Positions 8,202 through 19,316 are shown, counted from the whole stretch's first letter. The stretch is DNA of 63,768 bases, filler included, from Trichomonas gallinae (GCA_008369845.1; 7 parts of 7 records of this genome joined end to end with filler, not necessarily neighbours in it), one strand, 5' to 3'. Made by a program: numbers and translations. The notes: a model not told the origin generated them from the sequence alone.

Positions 8202-10358
8202 TCAATGTCTCTTTGATGCCATTTGCTTAGCTTTTTCGCGAGAAACGAGAGCAATGGCGTCAGTTGGGCAGACAGTTTCACAGAGACCGCAACCAGTGCA
8301 TTTGTCTGCGTCGACTTTGTAGACGAATCTCGATGGAACAATAGTGATTGCGTCCGTTGGGCAGACGGTGCACTTTCCGCACATGATGCATGATGACGGA
8401 TTAACAAGATGATTGACGAGCGGTTCTTCTCCGATGGCTTCAATATCGAACTCTTTGTTCGCATCAACCCATTCCTTTGTATTCTTGAAACCAGCTCTCC
8501 ACATAGCGAAAGAAACTTGCGTGTTGAGGTGCTCAATGCCTTGGCCTGTCCTCTTGATCTCATATGGCTCGATGACGCAGAAAATGTGACCAGTGGAGAA
8601 AGCTTTCAAAGCCTCTTTCTTGTTTTTGACGCCATATGCGATACTCTTATGATTGGACGTTCCATGGAGAACAATGACAGAGTTCTTTCCGAATCTCTTC
8701 GCGACATCATAATCATCAGCTGACTCACATTTGATTTCCACAAAATCGCAGTGAGGTGACAGCTTTCCAAAATCTTCGTCAAATTCATCGGAATCTGCCC
8801 TGATTTGTGCCGCAAGGATTGAATTCGGATATTCTTTTCTGAGCTGTTTGATGATGTCCAAAGCCTGTGAAGCATTCAAGTGAGGATTGAATGCGTGCGG
8901 TTTTCCTTTCTTGTATGTTCTTAATCCGCTCGTTGACGAGCCGACACCGATGACTAAACCTCCCCATCCTTTGTCGAGGTATTTCTTGCACGCTGTGAGA
9001 TTCTCTGTGAATGGAGATGCGCCTGCAATGAATGGAGAACTTACAACTTTCTTGCCATCGAGCGATGCTGAAATGTCGCACGGACGATGTTCGTATTCGA
9101 AAGCGTTGAAATTCGAAATTAAATCGTTTTCGATTGCTGGGATTGGCTCGCCCATGAGAAATGCGTGGCATCTCATTGCTGCATTCTTGCCTGATGCTGA
9201 AGCTTGGACAGCTGTTGTGTTTTTGCCTCTTGCTTGGCCTGCGACGAAGATTTTGTTGTTTTCGGTGCCTTCTTTGATCGTAGAGCGCTGTCCGAGGGCT
9301 GGGACAACAATATCTACATCCTTCCAGACGAGTTCTGAGTCTTTGATTGGCGTGAGATTGGAATCAAGCTGAGAACAGTAAATAACGATTTTTCCATTTT
9401 TATCTTTTTCAAGTTTTTCAACAGAGACTCTTGGAACAACGGAAACTCCAAGGCAAGTCATAGCACCACGCTCTTCTGGTGACAATGGAGCTTGATCAAG
9501 CGATCTTCGATAAAAAATTGTAACGAATTTAGCACCTGCTTTAGCAGCAACATTTGCTACATCAACTGCAACACCACCACAGCCGTTGATAACAACTGAC
9601 TTATCTTTAATATCGTTTTCTGTGAGATGGAAGAATTCGTTTGGTGTGATTGCAAGATTAGCACCTGGACATGACATTTTCGTGACATTTTGCGAACCGA
9701 TGGCATAAATTACTGCATCGTAGTCTTTCTCCATTGATTTATCGAAAGATGAATTTAATCTGACTTCTGAGTCTCCAACGATTCTTAAAAGCTCAAGATC
9801 CATATCTAAAACATCACTTGGGAACCTATACTTTGGAATAAGCTGTACATCGCCGCCAACTTCTGAATTTTTCTCGAAAACAATGACTTTGTGACCTCTA
9901 GATGCTAAACAAGTAGCAGCTGACAAACCAGCAGGTCCACCACCAACAATTGCGACTGTTTTTCCTGTAGGTTTTCCTTTTTTAATTAATTCTCGGAATC
10001 TTCCTTCTTTACATGCCCTTCTAATGATCTCAGCCTGAAGTGCAGGTATGTTTATTGACGTATCAAGCTTCTGACGCGAACATCTCGACATACAATGGTT
10101 GACAGGACAAATCACGCCACAAACGGATCCTAACGGTTGCTTAGCGTAAATGCAAAGGGCTGCATAATCCATATCCGACAATTCTCCGCTCATTGCAGCA
10201 TTAATAAATTCAGATGGATCAACTTTGCACGGGCATTCTTGGTTACATGGCTTTTCCGGACATTGCAGACACTTGTCCAGCTCAGATCTGAAGTGCTGAC
10301 CGTTTAAATATCGATATCCTTTCTTAGGATCAATCTTAGAAGGAAATTGTAGCAGCAT
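8202..10358 (-). CDS. Dihydropyrimidine dehydrogenase-like Fe-S flavoprotein (GltD/PreT module, reduced PreA-like barrel, 2[4Fe-4S] ferredoxin domain)
   Basis: N-terminal CLQCPEKPCNQECP and CGVICPVNHC clusters. GGGPAG FAD motif and second Rossmann GCGGVAVD. SSPFIAGASP...GWG marks the start of the FMN barrel. C-terminal CIMCGKCTVCP and CTGCGLCETVCP. Inr TCACT about 20 nt upstream. Confidence 0.88.
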   Translation of the reverse strand: MLLQFPSKIDPKKGYRYLNGQHFRSELDKCLQCPEKPCNQECPCKVDPSEFINAAMSGELSDMDYAALCIYAKQPLGSVCGVICPVNHCMSRCSRQKLDTSINIPALQAEIIRRACKEGRFRELIKKGKPTGKTVAIVGGGPAGLSAATCLASRGHKVIVFEKNSEVGGDVQLIPKYRFPSDVLDMDLELLRIVGDSEVRLNSSFDKSMEKDYDAVIYAIGSQNVTKMSCPGANLAITPNEFFHLTENDIKDKSVVINGCGGVAVDVANVAAKAGAKFVTIFYRRSLDQAPLSPEERGAMTCLGVSVVPRVSVEKLEKDKNGKIVIYCSQLDSNLTPIKDSELVWKDVDIVVPALGQRSTIKEGTENNKIFVAGQARGKNTTAVQASASGKNAAMRCHAFLMGEPIPAIENDLISNFNAFEYEHRPCDISASLDGKKVVSSPFIAGASPFTENLTACKKYLDKGWGGLVIGVGSSTSGLRTYKKGKPHAFNPHLNASQALDIIKQLRKEYPNSILAAQIRADSDEFDEDFGKLSPHCDFVEIKCESADDYDVAKRFGKNSVIVLHGTSNHKSIAYGVKNKKEALKAFSTGHIFCVIEPYEIKRTGQGIEHLNTQVSFAMWRAGFKNTKEWVDANKEFDIEAIGEEPLVNHLVNPSSCIMCGKCTVCPTDAITIVPSRFVYKVDADKCTGCGLCETVCPTDAIALVSREKAKQMASKRH

Positions 10359-11064
10359 TTAAATTTTATTTTTGTTCAGTGAAATTTTGGTTTCTTTAAA
10401 ATACTTTAAATGTGTACAGCATATTAATCCGATCGTTGTAACGTGATTTTCTATTGAATTTGTTTACAAAATACAAAATGACATGTAAAGTAAACGTTAT
10501 ATGAAAAGTGACATTATATTTTTTTCTAGAGTCTTGTCAACATGGTGTCGATCACCCTGCTTAGAAAGTATAATCAATATATCCCTTATATAATATGCTT
10601 ACATGTTATGATTTTATTTTTATTCAAATATGACTTTACGTGCCGTGTCGACACCGAAATTATCAGTTTTCATAGTTATTGAAATAATGTAATATAGACA
10701 TATATAAATTCACTTTTCATTTATAACATTAGGTCATTTGTTTTAGGCTTGTGTAAATTCTGTTCCAAAAATTTGAGCGTGGGTGATTGGAACTGAACTA
10801 ACCTAATATGTAAACATTATAGTATTCTATACACCCAAATAGCATGAGAGAAACTAAAACTTTTATATTAGATTTTCAGTTTTTTAGATCAATAGGATGT
10901 ACCCCCAAATCCCCTACTAAAAATACATGCAATGAAAGCCCAATATTCAAATTTATTCAGTCAAACTATATCTAAATTATAGTATATTGATGAAAAAAAC
11001 ATATCTGCCAATGTAATTGGAATGTCAGATTTTTTTCAATTAAAAGTGCTAAGCCGATTTATAC

Positions 11065-14000
11065 ATGCTATTGACTTTTTTTCTTTTAAATCGCAGCCTT
11101 TCGCAAAGCATTTGCCTATCAGACAGCGATACAGACAAATGCCCTAAGGACTGTGATTATTACTATGGTAATGAAAACATTTCTCAGTTCTCATTCGATC
11201 AAATTTCAGATAATTTTACAAAGATATTCGTTTTCGGTAAAATGTATACAGAATTTACATCATCTTTCAATGAAAAAGAATATAATGTCGAAATAATTGG
11301 CGAAGACAAATCTTTGAGTCATATCGAAATTATTGTAACCAATTTTTCTAATTCTAATATATCATTTATTAATATTGATGTGAAATTTAATACAAATATA
11401 TCCTTAGGTATTAAAATATTAAAAATAGAAAAATCTACAATTAATTCTCCAGAAAACACAGTTTTAATGTGCAAACATGTTATAATCGAAACATTTAACT
11501 CTTTTATATACATGTGTAAAATGATTACCTCAATTAAATCTCAAATAATATCAATAGATTTCCTAAAACATAATATAGAAGAAAATTTAAACGTTGTTTT
11601 AGAATGCGACACTCTAAACTTAAACGGTATTTCTAATCTACAATGTGGATTCAGGAACAATGAAATATTGATATCAAATCCAGAAAGTATTAATATGATA
11701 ATAATTAGAATCAAGCAAAAATCTACAATTATTTTAAACATCGATCAAAATAACCAAAAAACGTCTTTTATTAACTATTATCAATATTATCAGCCGTATT
11801 ATAGTCATCTAATAATCACTGTGTTATCAGGTGAAGTAGAATTCAAGAATTGCGAATGGTTCTCAAACGATCTTGCCATGGTTATTTACGTTAATTTAGC
11901 AGCAACGTTATTTATCGAGACATCATTACCGGCTTCAATTGTAACCAAAGATAGAGTTATAATTAACACAACCAAGCCATATATCAAAATTAATTCGATT
12001 GTTGCAAATTCATTTGTTAGTTTTTATTCATCAAAAGATTCTTTGGCTGTTATTGATGTTGATGAATTTCATGTCGAAGAAAATGGGAAAATAATTGATC
12101 TAAATGACAAAACTGAACTGTTAATAGAAAATTTACAAATAAATACGGCAGATCAATTCTTCTTGAGTTGCATTAGTGGCAGCAAATACAAAGTCAAACA
12201 TATATTTACAAACTCAGTAAATTCATTCAGTTTTGATATAGATACTTTATCAGTATCTGATTTTCTATGGATTGAACTCCCTGATACAGGAATTATTTCG
12301 AATATTCGCGCATCAAATATAGAAGGAAATGGATACATTTACATTAGATACCCAGAGAATTCAAATTACATTGTTGGAAATGATATATTTTTAATCCAGT
12401 TTGAAGAAGCATCAAAAACAATCGATTTCGAATTAATAGCTCCAACAACACATTATAATAAAGGCTCAGTTTATTTGCAGCTAACGAGAAATTATGATAA
12501 CAACCTAAGATGGAATAAAATAAAATTAACGGCAGCTGTTGTTGAGTCAGAGAAAAGCGATAGTTTCTGTTTAGGCGATGGATGTGAAGATACAGATATA
12601 GTTTTATCATCGAACAAAGAAGAAAACACAAATTGGATTGATCATTTCATTAATTCAAGGAATCACATTCAGTTTAGAATATTAAATAACAATTACACAG
12701 ATAGGAATTTCATCAATCTGTTCAGACTTTGCAAATTCCCTCAGCTGAATTTAGAAATCATAGGAAACAAAAATGATCCAAAATCATTTGTATTCGATGG
12801 CTTGATGATTCACCAATTTTCAAGTGTTGATTTCAGCTCTATTAATGGCAGTATTCATCTCCCTCGTTCTCATATTAATATGAATAAGGCAGCAATACGG
12901 AATTCATATATTGATAAAGATTTGATTAAAATTCTAATATCAGTGCCTCATATTAAAATTGATTATCAATCATTACAGAACATTAAAACAGAAATAGGAA
13001 ACATTAAATTGGAATTAACAAAAGATGAACAACAAATCACATTAATTTCAGAAAATTGTTCTAGTACAATCTATTTATATGAAGACTGCTTATGCTTTAA
13101 TGATATTAATATCTCATGCAAAAATATCAATTTAGATCCAAGTGTTTATTCAAATCTAACAATCGAAGGTAAAACAGAGAAATCTCTAAGGTATAATGTT
13201 AGAATTAGAAAGTCATTTAATTATGCAAGTTTTTATGGAGTTTTCCCATCAGATTTGGTTGTTCCTACAAATATAACTCATTTATCTCATCTTGAAATTC
13301 ATTCTAATTTCTGTCCTTTGTCTTTTATTATGAACAACAACTCATTTTTGGATATTTTATTGTCAACGAAAACTGTTCTGATTCCTTTCGTTAGAATCGT
13401 TGGAGGCAGCTCAATGAACATTGACACAGCATATCGCGAAAAAGCAGTATTAACTGTGAAACACCTTGAAATGATCTACACGTCATACGTCAAAAAATCA
13501 AGCCAAACGTTTGATTTAGTGTTTGAGAAAATATCATTTAGAGGTGCAGTTGTTTCAGGCTCACAATATGGTAATTTCTCGATTTTGAAACTCGATCAAG
13601 ATTGGGGTGCTAATTTAGCTTTTAATACAGATAAATCTATGCCTAAAATAATAGAAGTCCCATTTTCTATTTCAAGAATGCCTTACATGTCATTTAGAAA
13701 CGGAACATATAACAATCTGAAGATTAATTTTATTCCTTTGTCAACAGATAAGAGTTATTTCGAAGCTGATCTAGTAAAATTGAACAGACAGTTTTATCTT
13801 GATCCAATTAGAATTGCGTGCGGACCAACTATCAACTGCAGCTCATGGGATGTCAATTTTAATCCAGATAATCATTTCTGGAAGCTTCATTTTCACTTGA
13901 AATGTCAATCATTCAAAAGTAGAAATGAATCGTGTTTAACTGCACAATTTGATGCACCTAATAATAACAGTCTCATAGTTGTATACTCATTAATTTGCTT

Positions 14001-14094
14001 CGTGTTCTTCATAAGTGGTTGTGCTTTCATTATCACTAGAAAATATCTTAAATATAAGAGCACACAATCAGATACTACAACATACGTTATTTAA
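11065..14094 (+). CDS. Large type I membrane surface protein, 1009 aa
   Basis: Signal peptide, two (I/F)CL...C modules and an Ile/Asn-rich, probably beta-rich ectodomain. C-terminal TM LIVVYSLICFVFFISGCAFII with a short basic, Tyr-containing tail. Confidence 0.8.
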   Translation: MLLTFFLLNRSLSQSICLSDSDTDKCPKDCDYYYGNENISQFSFDQISDNFTKIFVFGKMYTEFTSSFNEKEYNVEIIGEDKSLSHIEIIVTNFSNSNISFINIDVKFNTNISLGIKILKIEKSTINSPENTVLMCKHVIIETFNSFIYMCKMITSIKSQIISIDFLKHNIEENLNVVLECDTLNLNGISNLQCGFRNNEILISNPESINMIIIRIKQKSTIILNIDQNNQKTSFINYYQYYQPYYSHLIITVLSGEVEFKNCEWFSNDLAMVIYVNLAATLFIETSLPASIVTKDRVIINTTKPYIKINSIVANSFVSFYSSKDSLAVIDVDEFHVEENGKIIDLNDKTELLIENLQINTADQFFLSCISGSKYKVKHIFTNSVNSFSFDIDTLSVSDFLWIELPDTGIISNIRASNIEGNGYIYIRYPENSNYIVGNDIFLIQFEEASKTIDFELIAPTTHYNKGSVYLQLTRNYDNNLRWNKIKLTAAVVESEKSDSFCLGDGCEDTDIVLSSNKEENTNWIDHFINSRNHIQFRILNNNYTDRNFINLFRLCKFPQLNLEIIGNKNDPKSFVFDGLMIHQFSSVDFSSINGSIHLPRSHINMNKAAIRNSYIDKDLIKILISVPHIKIDYQSLQNIKTEIGNIKLELTKDEQQITLISENCSSTIYLYEDCLCFNDINISCKNINLDPSVYSNLTIEGKTEKSLRYNVRIRKSFNYASFYGVFPSDLVVPTNITHLSHLEIHSNFCPLSFIMNNNSFLDILLSTKTVLIPFVRIVGGSSMNIDTAYREKAVLTVKHLEMIYTSYVKKSSQTFDLVFEKISFRGAVVSGSQYGNFSILKLDQDWGANLAFNTDKSMPKIIEVPFSISRMPYMSFRNGTYNNLKINFIPLSTDKSYFEADLVKLNRQFYLDPIRIACGPTINCSSWDVNFNPDNHFWKLHFHLKCQSFKSRNESCLTAQFDAPNNNSLIVVYSLICFVFFISGCAFIITRKYLKYKSTQSDTTTYVI

Positions 14095-14584
14095 TGTTTA
14101 TAGAAAATTTTCAATGAAAATACAACAATGTAATATTATAGAAGGACAATTTATATCCAAAATTATTATTATCAAATTTAACTATCGAGCGCAATATATA
14201 CTTATACGAGAATGCACAGATCATTAATATCATTTCTTTTGGTTGGAAATACTGTGGACATATGCGCTATTCATCATCCTATAAATGTTGTTTTAGAATA
14301 AATCAAACTCTTTTTATTTTATTTCACAAAAATCATATGATATAATTTGATCTTGTAATAAAACCTAAATTTGAGTTATAATTTATATATTATTATATGT
14401 ACATTGATATTTTTTTTTTTTTTTGATTACTGATAATGAATTAAAGGGTTTCCGACTCATAACCTTATTCGAAAATTTGGCTCCCGAGTTACTTCAAGTT
14501 AATATATTAGATTGTTTAATAGATTAACTACAAACCTGTAACAGCAAAAATTAATGAGCACAATATAAGCTATATATTACAGGA

Positions 14585-14684
14585 NNNNNNNNNNNNNNNN
14601 NNNNNNNNNNNNNNNNNNNNNNNNNNNNTTAATTAATTAANNNNNNNNNNNNNNNNNNNNNNNNNNNNNNNNNNNNNNNNNNNN
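14585..14684. other. Artificial contig linker
   Basis: N44 + TTAATTAATTAA (stops in all six frames) + N44. Confidence 0.98.
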
Positions 14685-14887
14685 AATAAAATTATGACAT
14701 GTAAACTAAATTTACATATAATTCTATAAACATTAAAAAAAATAAAAACGTGCCAAAAGCTAGTATATAATTGAAAAATATTACTTTATGTTTCAATACT
14801 GTACTTACAGTAGTTGTGTATTTTGTTAACGAATGTTAAATATTAGTAATTTCTTTATTTAATTTATATTTTGAAAAAAACAAGGAA

Positions 14888-15121
14888 TTATTTTTCATTT
14901 GGCTTTGGTAACATTTCGAGATACTTTTTGTCTGTCTCAAGGAAGTAGATAGCTCCGAGTACAGCAGCTAGTTGAAGAGTGCAAGATGCAATTCTAGCTG
15001 TTCTGCTTGCATCAAACTGCTTATTATCGAGTTCATTCCACCAATTCTTGACAGACTGAATGATGTCGAAGCGGTATGGCGATTTGTTCTTTTCGTTCAA
15101 TATGTAAGTAATGTTATTCAT
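14888..15121 (-). CDS. Small hypothetical membrane protein, 77 aa
   Basis: ATG preceded by AAAGTGAC (M2-type motif). GC is higher than the flanks. Hydrophobic IASCTLQLAAVLGAIYFL. Confidence 0.6.
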   Translation of the reverse strand: MNNITYILNEKNKSPYRFDIIQSVKNWWNELDNKQFDASRTARIASCTLQLAAVLGAIYFLETDKKYLEMLPKPNEK

Positions 15122-15405
15122 TTTGGTTGGTCACTTTTTTCGTAATCGTCTCATGTTCGATGTCGGATCGCCTCATATTTTTTCTTTTGTTATTAAAATT
15201 TTACAAAGACAGTTGAATCTTGTAAGAGCGTCTCAATTCAACCAATAAGCCTGAGTATGAGAAAATTATCCTAGTTACAACAATTTTAATATTAAATTTT
15301 TTACAATTATTGTAACTTAATTTGTTATTCATAAATATTGTAATAGATTTAGTATAGCACATCATTGTGGAGCTGTGAAATTCGGATTTTCTAAATAATA
15401 AACAT

Positions 15406-16239
15406 TTATTCGACAGATAATAAAGAACGAAGCTTAGGGATAGCTCTTGTAATATTAAGCATGAGTCCATCAGTCGTAACTCCATCAGCAATGGAAGAAA
15501 TAAAAATTCCTGCCTTATCGTTTATTGGCTTGTAAGCAATGACAGAGCTATTGCATTCAAATGATAGGGATTTGAGTTCGTTACCTTTTGGATAAACTTT
15601 AAGTAAAAATTCGAAGATTGAAGTTGGCGATTCCGGCGAATTTGGCATCGAATTGCAAATCGGCAAGAATGTCGCTGCATCGCATACAATGACGCATGTT
15701 GCATCGCAAGCTTCATGAATTTTGGCGACATATTCTTCCAATTCGTTGTATCGCTTCATAAGGCTTGTGACGATCTTTGGTATTGTCCTGCTGATGCTTC
15801 CATCGAACAATGAAGACTCGAAGAAATGGTTGTCATCAATGCCATTTTTCTTTGCGTTTGCTTTCGCCTTTTCTACGATTGCTGGGTAGTCCTCCTTATC
15901 GAATTTATCGACCTGATGGAGGAAGACGTATCTTTTCTGCTCAAGATTGTATTTGTTAAGAAGCTGAACCAAATCTGAAAGATTTGGATCTTCTGGATCT
16001 GACATAATGAATAAAATAGCATGCGCATTTAGCAACACTTGTGGCAAGCTATCCAATGGTGTCGAAGATGTGAAGTTTGACGAAGGAAAATCAAGTGTTA
16101 CAACCGAAAATAGAGCCGGAGGAATAGGAACTGACTGATTAGATCCGAGAGCTAAAGATGGCGATGATTGTGGTGATAAACGGCTATAAATCGAAGATTT
16201 TCCAACACCTTGCTGACCAACAAGAACGAAGCGGAACAT
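15406..16239 (-). CDS. Divergent Rag (Gtr1/RagA-like) GTPase
   Basis: P-loop GQQGVGKSS. FLHQVD sits at the Rag-specific HKxD position. The C-terminal roadblock-like region contains CDAATFLPI (compare RagA FERATFLVI). Confidence 0.75.
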   Translation of the reverse strand: MFRFVLVGQQGVGKSSIYSRLSPQSSPSLALGSNQSVPIPPALFSVVTLDFPSSNFTSSTPLDSLPQVLLNAHAILFIMSDPEDPNLSDLVQLLNKYNLEQKRYVFLHQVDKFDKEDYPAIVEKAKANAKKNGIDDNHFFESSLFDGSISRTIPKIVTSLMKRYNELEEYVAKIHEACDATCVIVCDAATFLPICNSMPNSPESPTSIFEFLLKVYPKGNELKSLSFECNSSVIAYKPINDKAGIFISSIADGVTTDGLMLNITRAIPKLRSLLSVE

Positions 16240-16243
16240 TAAA

Positions 16244-16249
16244 AAGTGA
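16244..16249 (-). promoter_or_regulatory. Trichomonad initiator (Inr) TCACTT
   Basis: Matches TCA(C/T)T(T/A) a few nt upstream of the ATG at 16239. Confidence 0.7.
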
Positions 16250-16546
16250 CATTATTTTTCGACATTTTTGTTCCTTCTATATTTGACATATTTAGATTTT
16301 CATTATCAAATATATAATTATATAGATTCTATCTTGATTGTTTATAAAATATTTAAATAATATGGTCTTTGAGAAATAGTCGGAAATATTAATTAAATAT
16401 CAAAACGCTTCTATACCATCAATGTTTACTGAGCACTGTGGATATATATAATACGCTGGATTATAGGTGTAGAATGATAATGCACATTAAAAAGAGCTCA
16501 ACCAAATTTTTAAAATTTTGACAAATTTGAACATGAATGTGTACTA

Positions 16547-17214
16547 ATGGCAACTATAAGTGTCAGCATTATTCATCTAACTAGTTTTATTATCCAGTTG
16601 GTCTGCATATATCACAATTCTTGTTTCCTGAGGGTTATCATCATGCGCAGAAGTACTAAAAAATTTAGCAGGAAATCACAGTCAATGAAACAACACTTAG
16701 AACGAAATTATCAAATACTAAAGAAGCTGAAGATTTGCTAGCCGAGATTGACGGCCTCTTATGAAGAAATTTTGAAAAGCTTCCAAAAATGCACTTCCAA
16801 GATTAACCAAGTTCAAGAACAAAATATACTCAATTTACATCGAAGTTTCCTAATCAAAGTGGGCTGATTAAGTTGAATTGCTGATTGAGCAGTTTGGAAT
16901 AGAGAAGTTGGAAAGAAAGGATCATGCTTTACTCAAAACCTGGATAAATTCGAGGGTCAATCAGATAGGCTGAGAAAGTTGTCGAGTTTCGAGTTAATGT
17001 TGAAGAAAACTCAGAAGCTAATGGCTCCATGTTCATAAAGAGAATCTGAAAGAACGAAAAGTTGATGGTTGATCTTGCTAGATTTAGAAAGGAGTACCTG
17101 AATCTCATGTTTAGACTGTATCTCGTTCAAATTAAGTTGAATTCATAGAAGAAAAGGTCAGACCACAAACATCATTCAATCAACAACAACAGTTCAGAAG
17201 AAGATGATTTATGA
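16547..17214 (+). pseudogene. Decayed gene of unknown family
   Basis: Coding-like composition with protein-like runs broken by stops (QEITVNETTLRTKLSNTKEAEDLLAEIDGLL*RNFEKLPK...), ending NNNSSEEDDL*. Confidence 0.4.
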
Positions 17215-18128
17215 TGCTTCAATTATAATTATAACTTCATCTAGGTTTTATTGAGAAAATTAATCTATTATCTTTGTTAACAAATTTTTGTACATGCTTG
17301 AACTATAATTCAAAATAACTATAGACCTATATCACATATATAAACTCATCTATATATGCAAAAGCAGTAGCATGATTATTTATGCAATCGAAAGTTTTTG
17401 GTAGCAACAAATATTGGGGTTTAGGAGCATTGTCAATCAGTGGAATTATTCGACTTTGTTAAAATGCACTAACACAAAGATATTTCAAAAAATTAATCAT
17501 GATTTGAATTCGAGATTCAAATAGTCAGAGTGCGCTCTACTATATGCAAAAAGTCAGATTTAGTCAATATTGACTCAGCAATGGAATATCATTTTGCTAT
17601 TGAAATATATTTTTCAGCCACATTGAGATTATAAAATGCACTGAAGTTCCATTTTGTTAGATTGTAGAGCAATTTTATTGTTCGGCATTTTTATTTTTCG
17701 ACTCAAATATTAAACATCATATCATTACAATGCATTAATATGATAAATTTTGCAAAGAATATCATAGTAGACCGGAAAGTGAAGTGATGTAAATATTATT
17801 ATTTTTCTTCAGTATTAAATGATATTCTTGCTAAAGCGATCTATTTTATCAAAGCGTATTTTTGTAAACTTCTCAAAACGTGTCACTTTTGAAACAATGC
17901 AATTTCAATTTCTGTCGGTTGGCAAGATTGCCAACAATTGATTCTTGAAATCATTAATTAATGATATTTTGGAGCTGTTAATAATTAACAGGTTATAAAA
18001 CCGTTCATTGTGAATATTATTAATTCAGAAAAATCCAAAGTATTATTATATATACAAGAAATTATTACATTGCAATTTTTTTTTTTGGTTAACTTTCTCT
18101 CTCAATATTTTTTTTTTCTTTATTTGGA

Positions 18129-19316
18129 ATGAAAACCCGATTTTACTACGATATCAGAAAGAGAACTATGTCTGTAATGATACAGATGATATTCTTATCG
18201 ACTATTATCATTAATCAGCTTTTCATTTTTAATTTTTTTGATAATATAAATAAAACTATACGAATTAATCTTAGTCATCGTTTTTCGGTAAGCAAGCCAT
18301 GGAATATATCAAAAATACGTGTGCCTTCTAGAGAAACTCCAAGTAATTTTAGTTGGATTAATCAATCAATTTTTCATAATTTGTATTTCAAAATCGATTT
18401 TAGTAATTGTTCACTATGCAAGTATCCAAATAATACAAATCATAATTCAAATTCGTCACCTAGAGATTTAATTATGGGATTAGTTTATGGAGCCTTTCCG
18501 AACAACATACTGACGCTGGCACGATCAATTAGATCAACAGGATGCAATGCAACTATCGTTTATTTCATTTGCGAGAATGTTACAAAAATTATAAATGCTG
18601 AATATTCGAATGAATTAATTAATTGCGGTGTGACAGTTATTAAAATACCTTCATTTGGAGTTAGAACAAATGGCATACATGGAAATCTGTTGAGACATAA
18701 ATTTTTCTCATTATTTTTAGATGTTTACGAATATATGTTTGATCGCGTTATTTTACTTGACTTATATGATACATATTTCCAATTGGATCCTTTCACTAAT
18801 GAATTCGACGAAGATCATGTAATTTTCTCCCAAGAAAATATGACTATAGATAGAAACGAGGCAAATACTAATTGGCTGAAAAGCCTTGATCCTGAATATA
18901 GTCCCGAGAAATACAAAGGCAAAAGACCAATTTGTTCTGGACTATTCTATGGTACCGTGCAAAATGTTTTGAAGCTTTACGTTATGTTCCAAGATTTTGA
19001 ACGCTGGACATGGATAGGCAAAAAGGCACAAGATCAAGGCCCTTTCAATGAAATGTTTTATAACAAAAAGTTTAAAGATCTAGTTCAGCCAGAAACAAAG
19101 AGATTGATAATATCTGCTACTGGACATGTGTTCAAAAATCTTCCTAATAATAAAGAGTTTGTTACGTACAGTGATGGAGTTACTCCATATGTTATCCACC
19201 AGTATGATCGCAAAAAGGAATCGTACAATTTCCCACGCGACCACTGCCCTTCACTTGGAAAGTGGCACTTGATGACTTATGCGAAATACAATTGGGTTAT
19301 ATTCAAAAATTGTTGA
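18129..19316 (+). CDS. Type II membrane GT-A-fold glycosyltransferase-like protein
   Basis: N-terminal anchor, DRVILLDLYDTYFQLDPF (DxD-like), QDQGPFN and C-terminal IHQYDR motifs. Confidence 0.75.
   Translation: MKTRFYYDIRKRTMSVMIQMIFLSTIIINQLFIFNFFDNINKTIRINLSHRFSVSKPWNISKIRVPSRETPSNFSWINQSIFHNLYFKIDFSNCSLCKYPNNTNHNSNSSPRDLIMGLVYGAFPNNILTLARSIRSTGCNATIVYFICENVTKIINAEYSNELINCGVTVIKIPSFGVRTNGIHGNLLRHKFFSLFLDVYEYMFDRVILLDLYDTYFQLDPFTNEFDEDHVIFSQENMTIDRNEANTNWLKSLDPEYSPEKYKGKRPICSGLFYGTVQNVLKLYVMFQDFERWTWIGKKAQDQGPFNEMFYNKKFKDLVQPETKRLIISATGHVFKNLPNNKEFVTYSDGVTPYVIHQYDRKKESYNFPRDHCPSLGKWHLMTYAKYNWVIFKNC

Noticed and set aside
17468..17479. ACTAACACAAAG, near match to the trichomonad intron branch/3' splice motif ACTAACACACAG
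   Set aside because: Ends in AAG, with no matching 5' splice site or flanking exons found.
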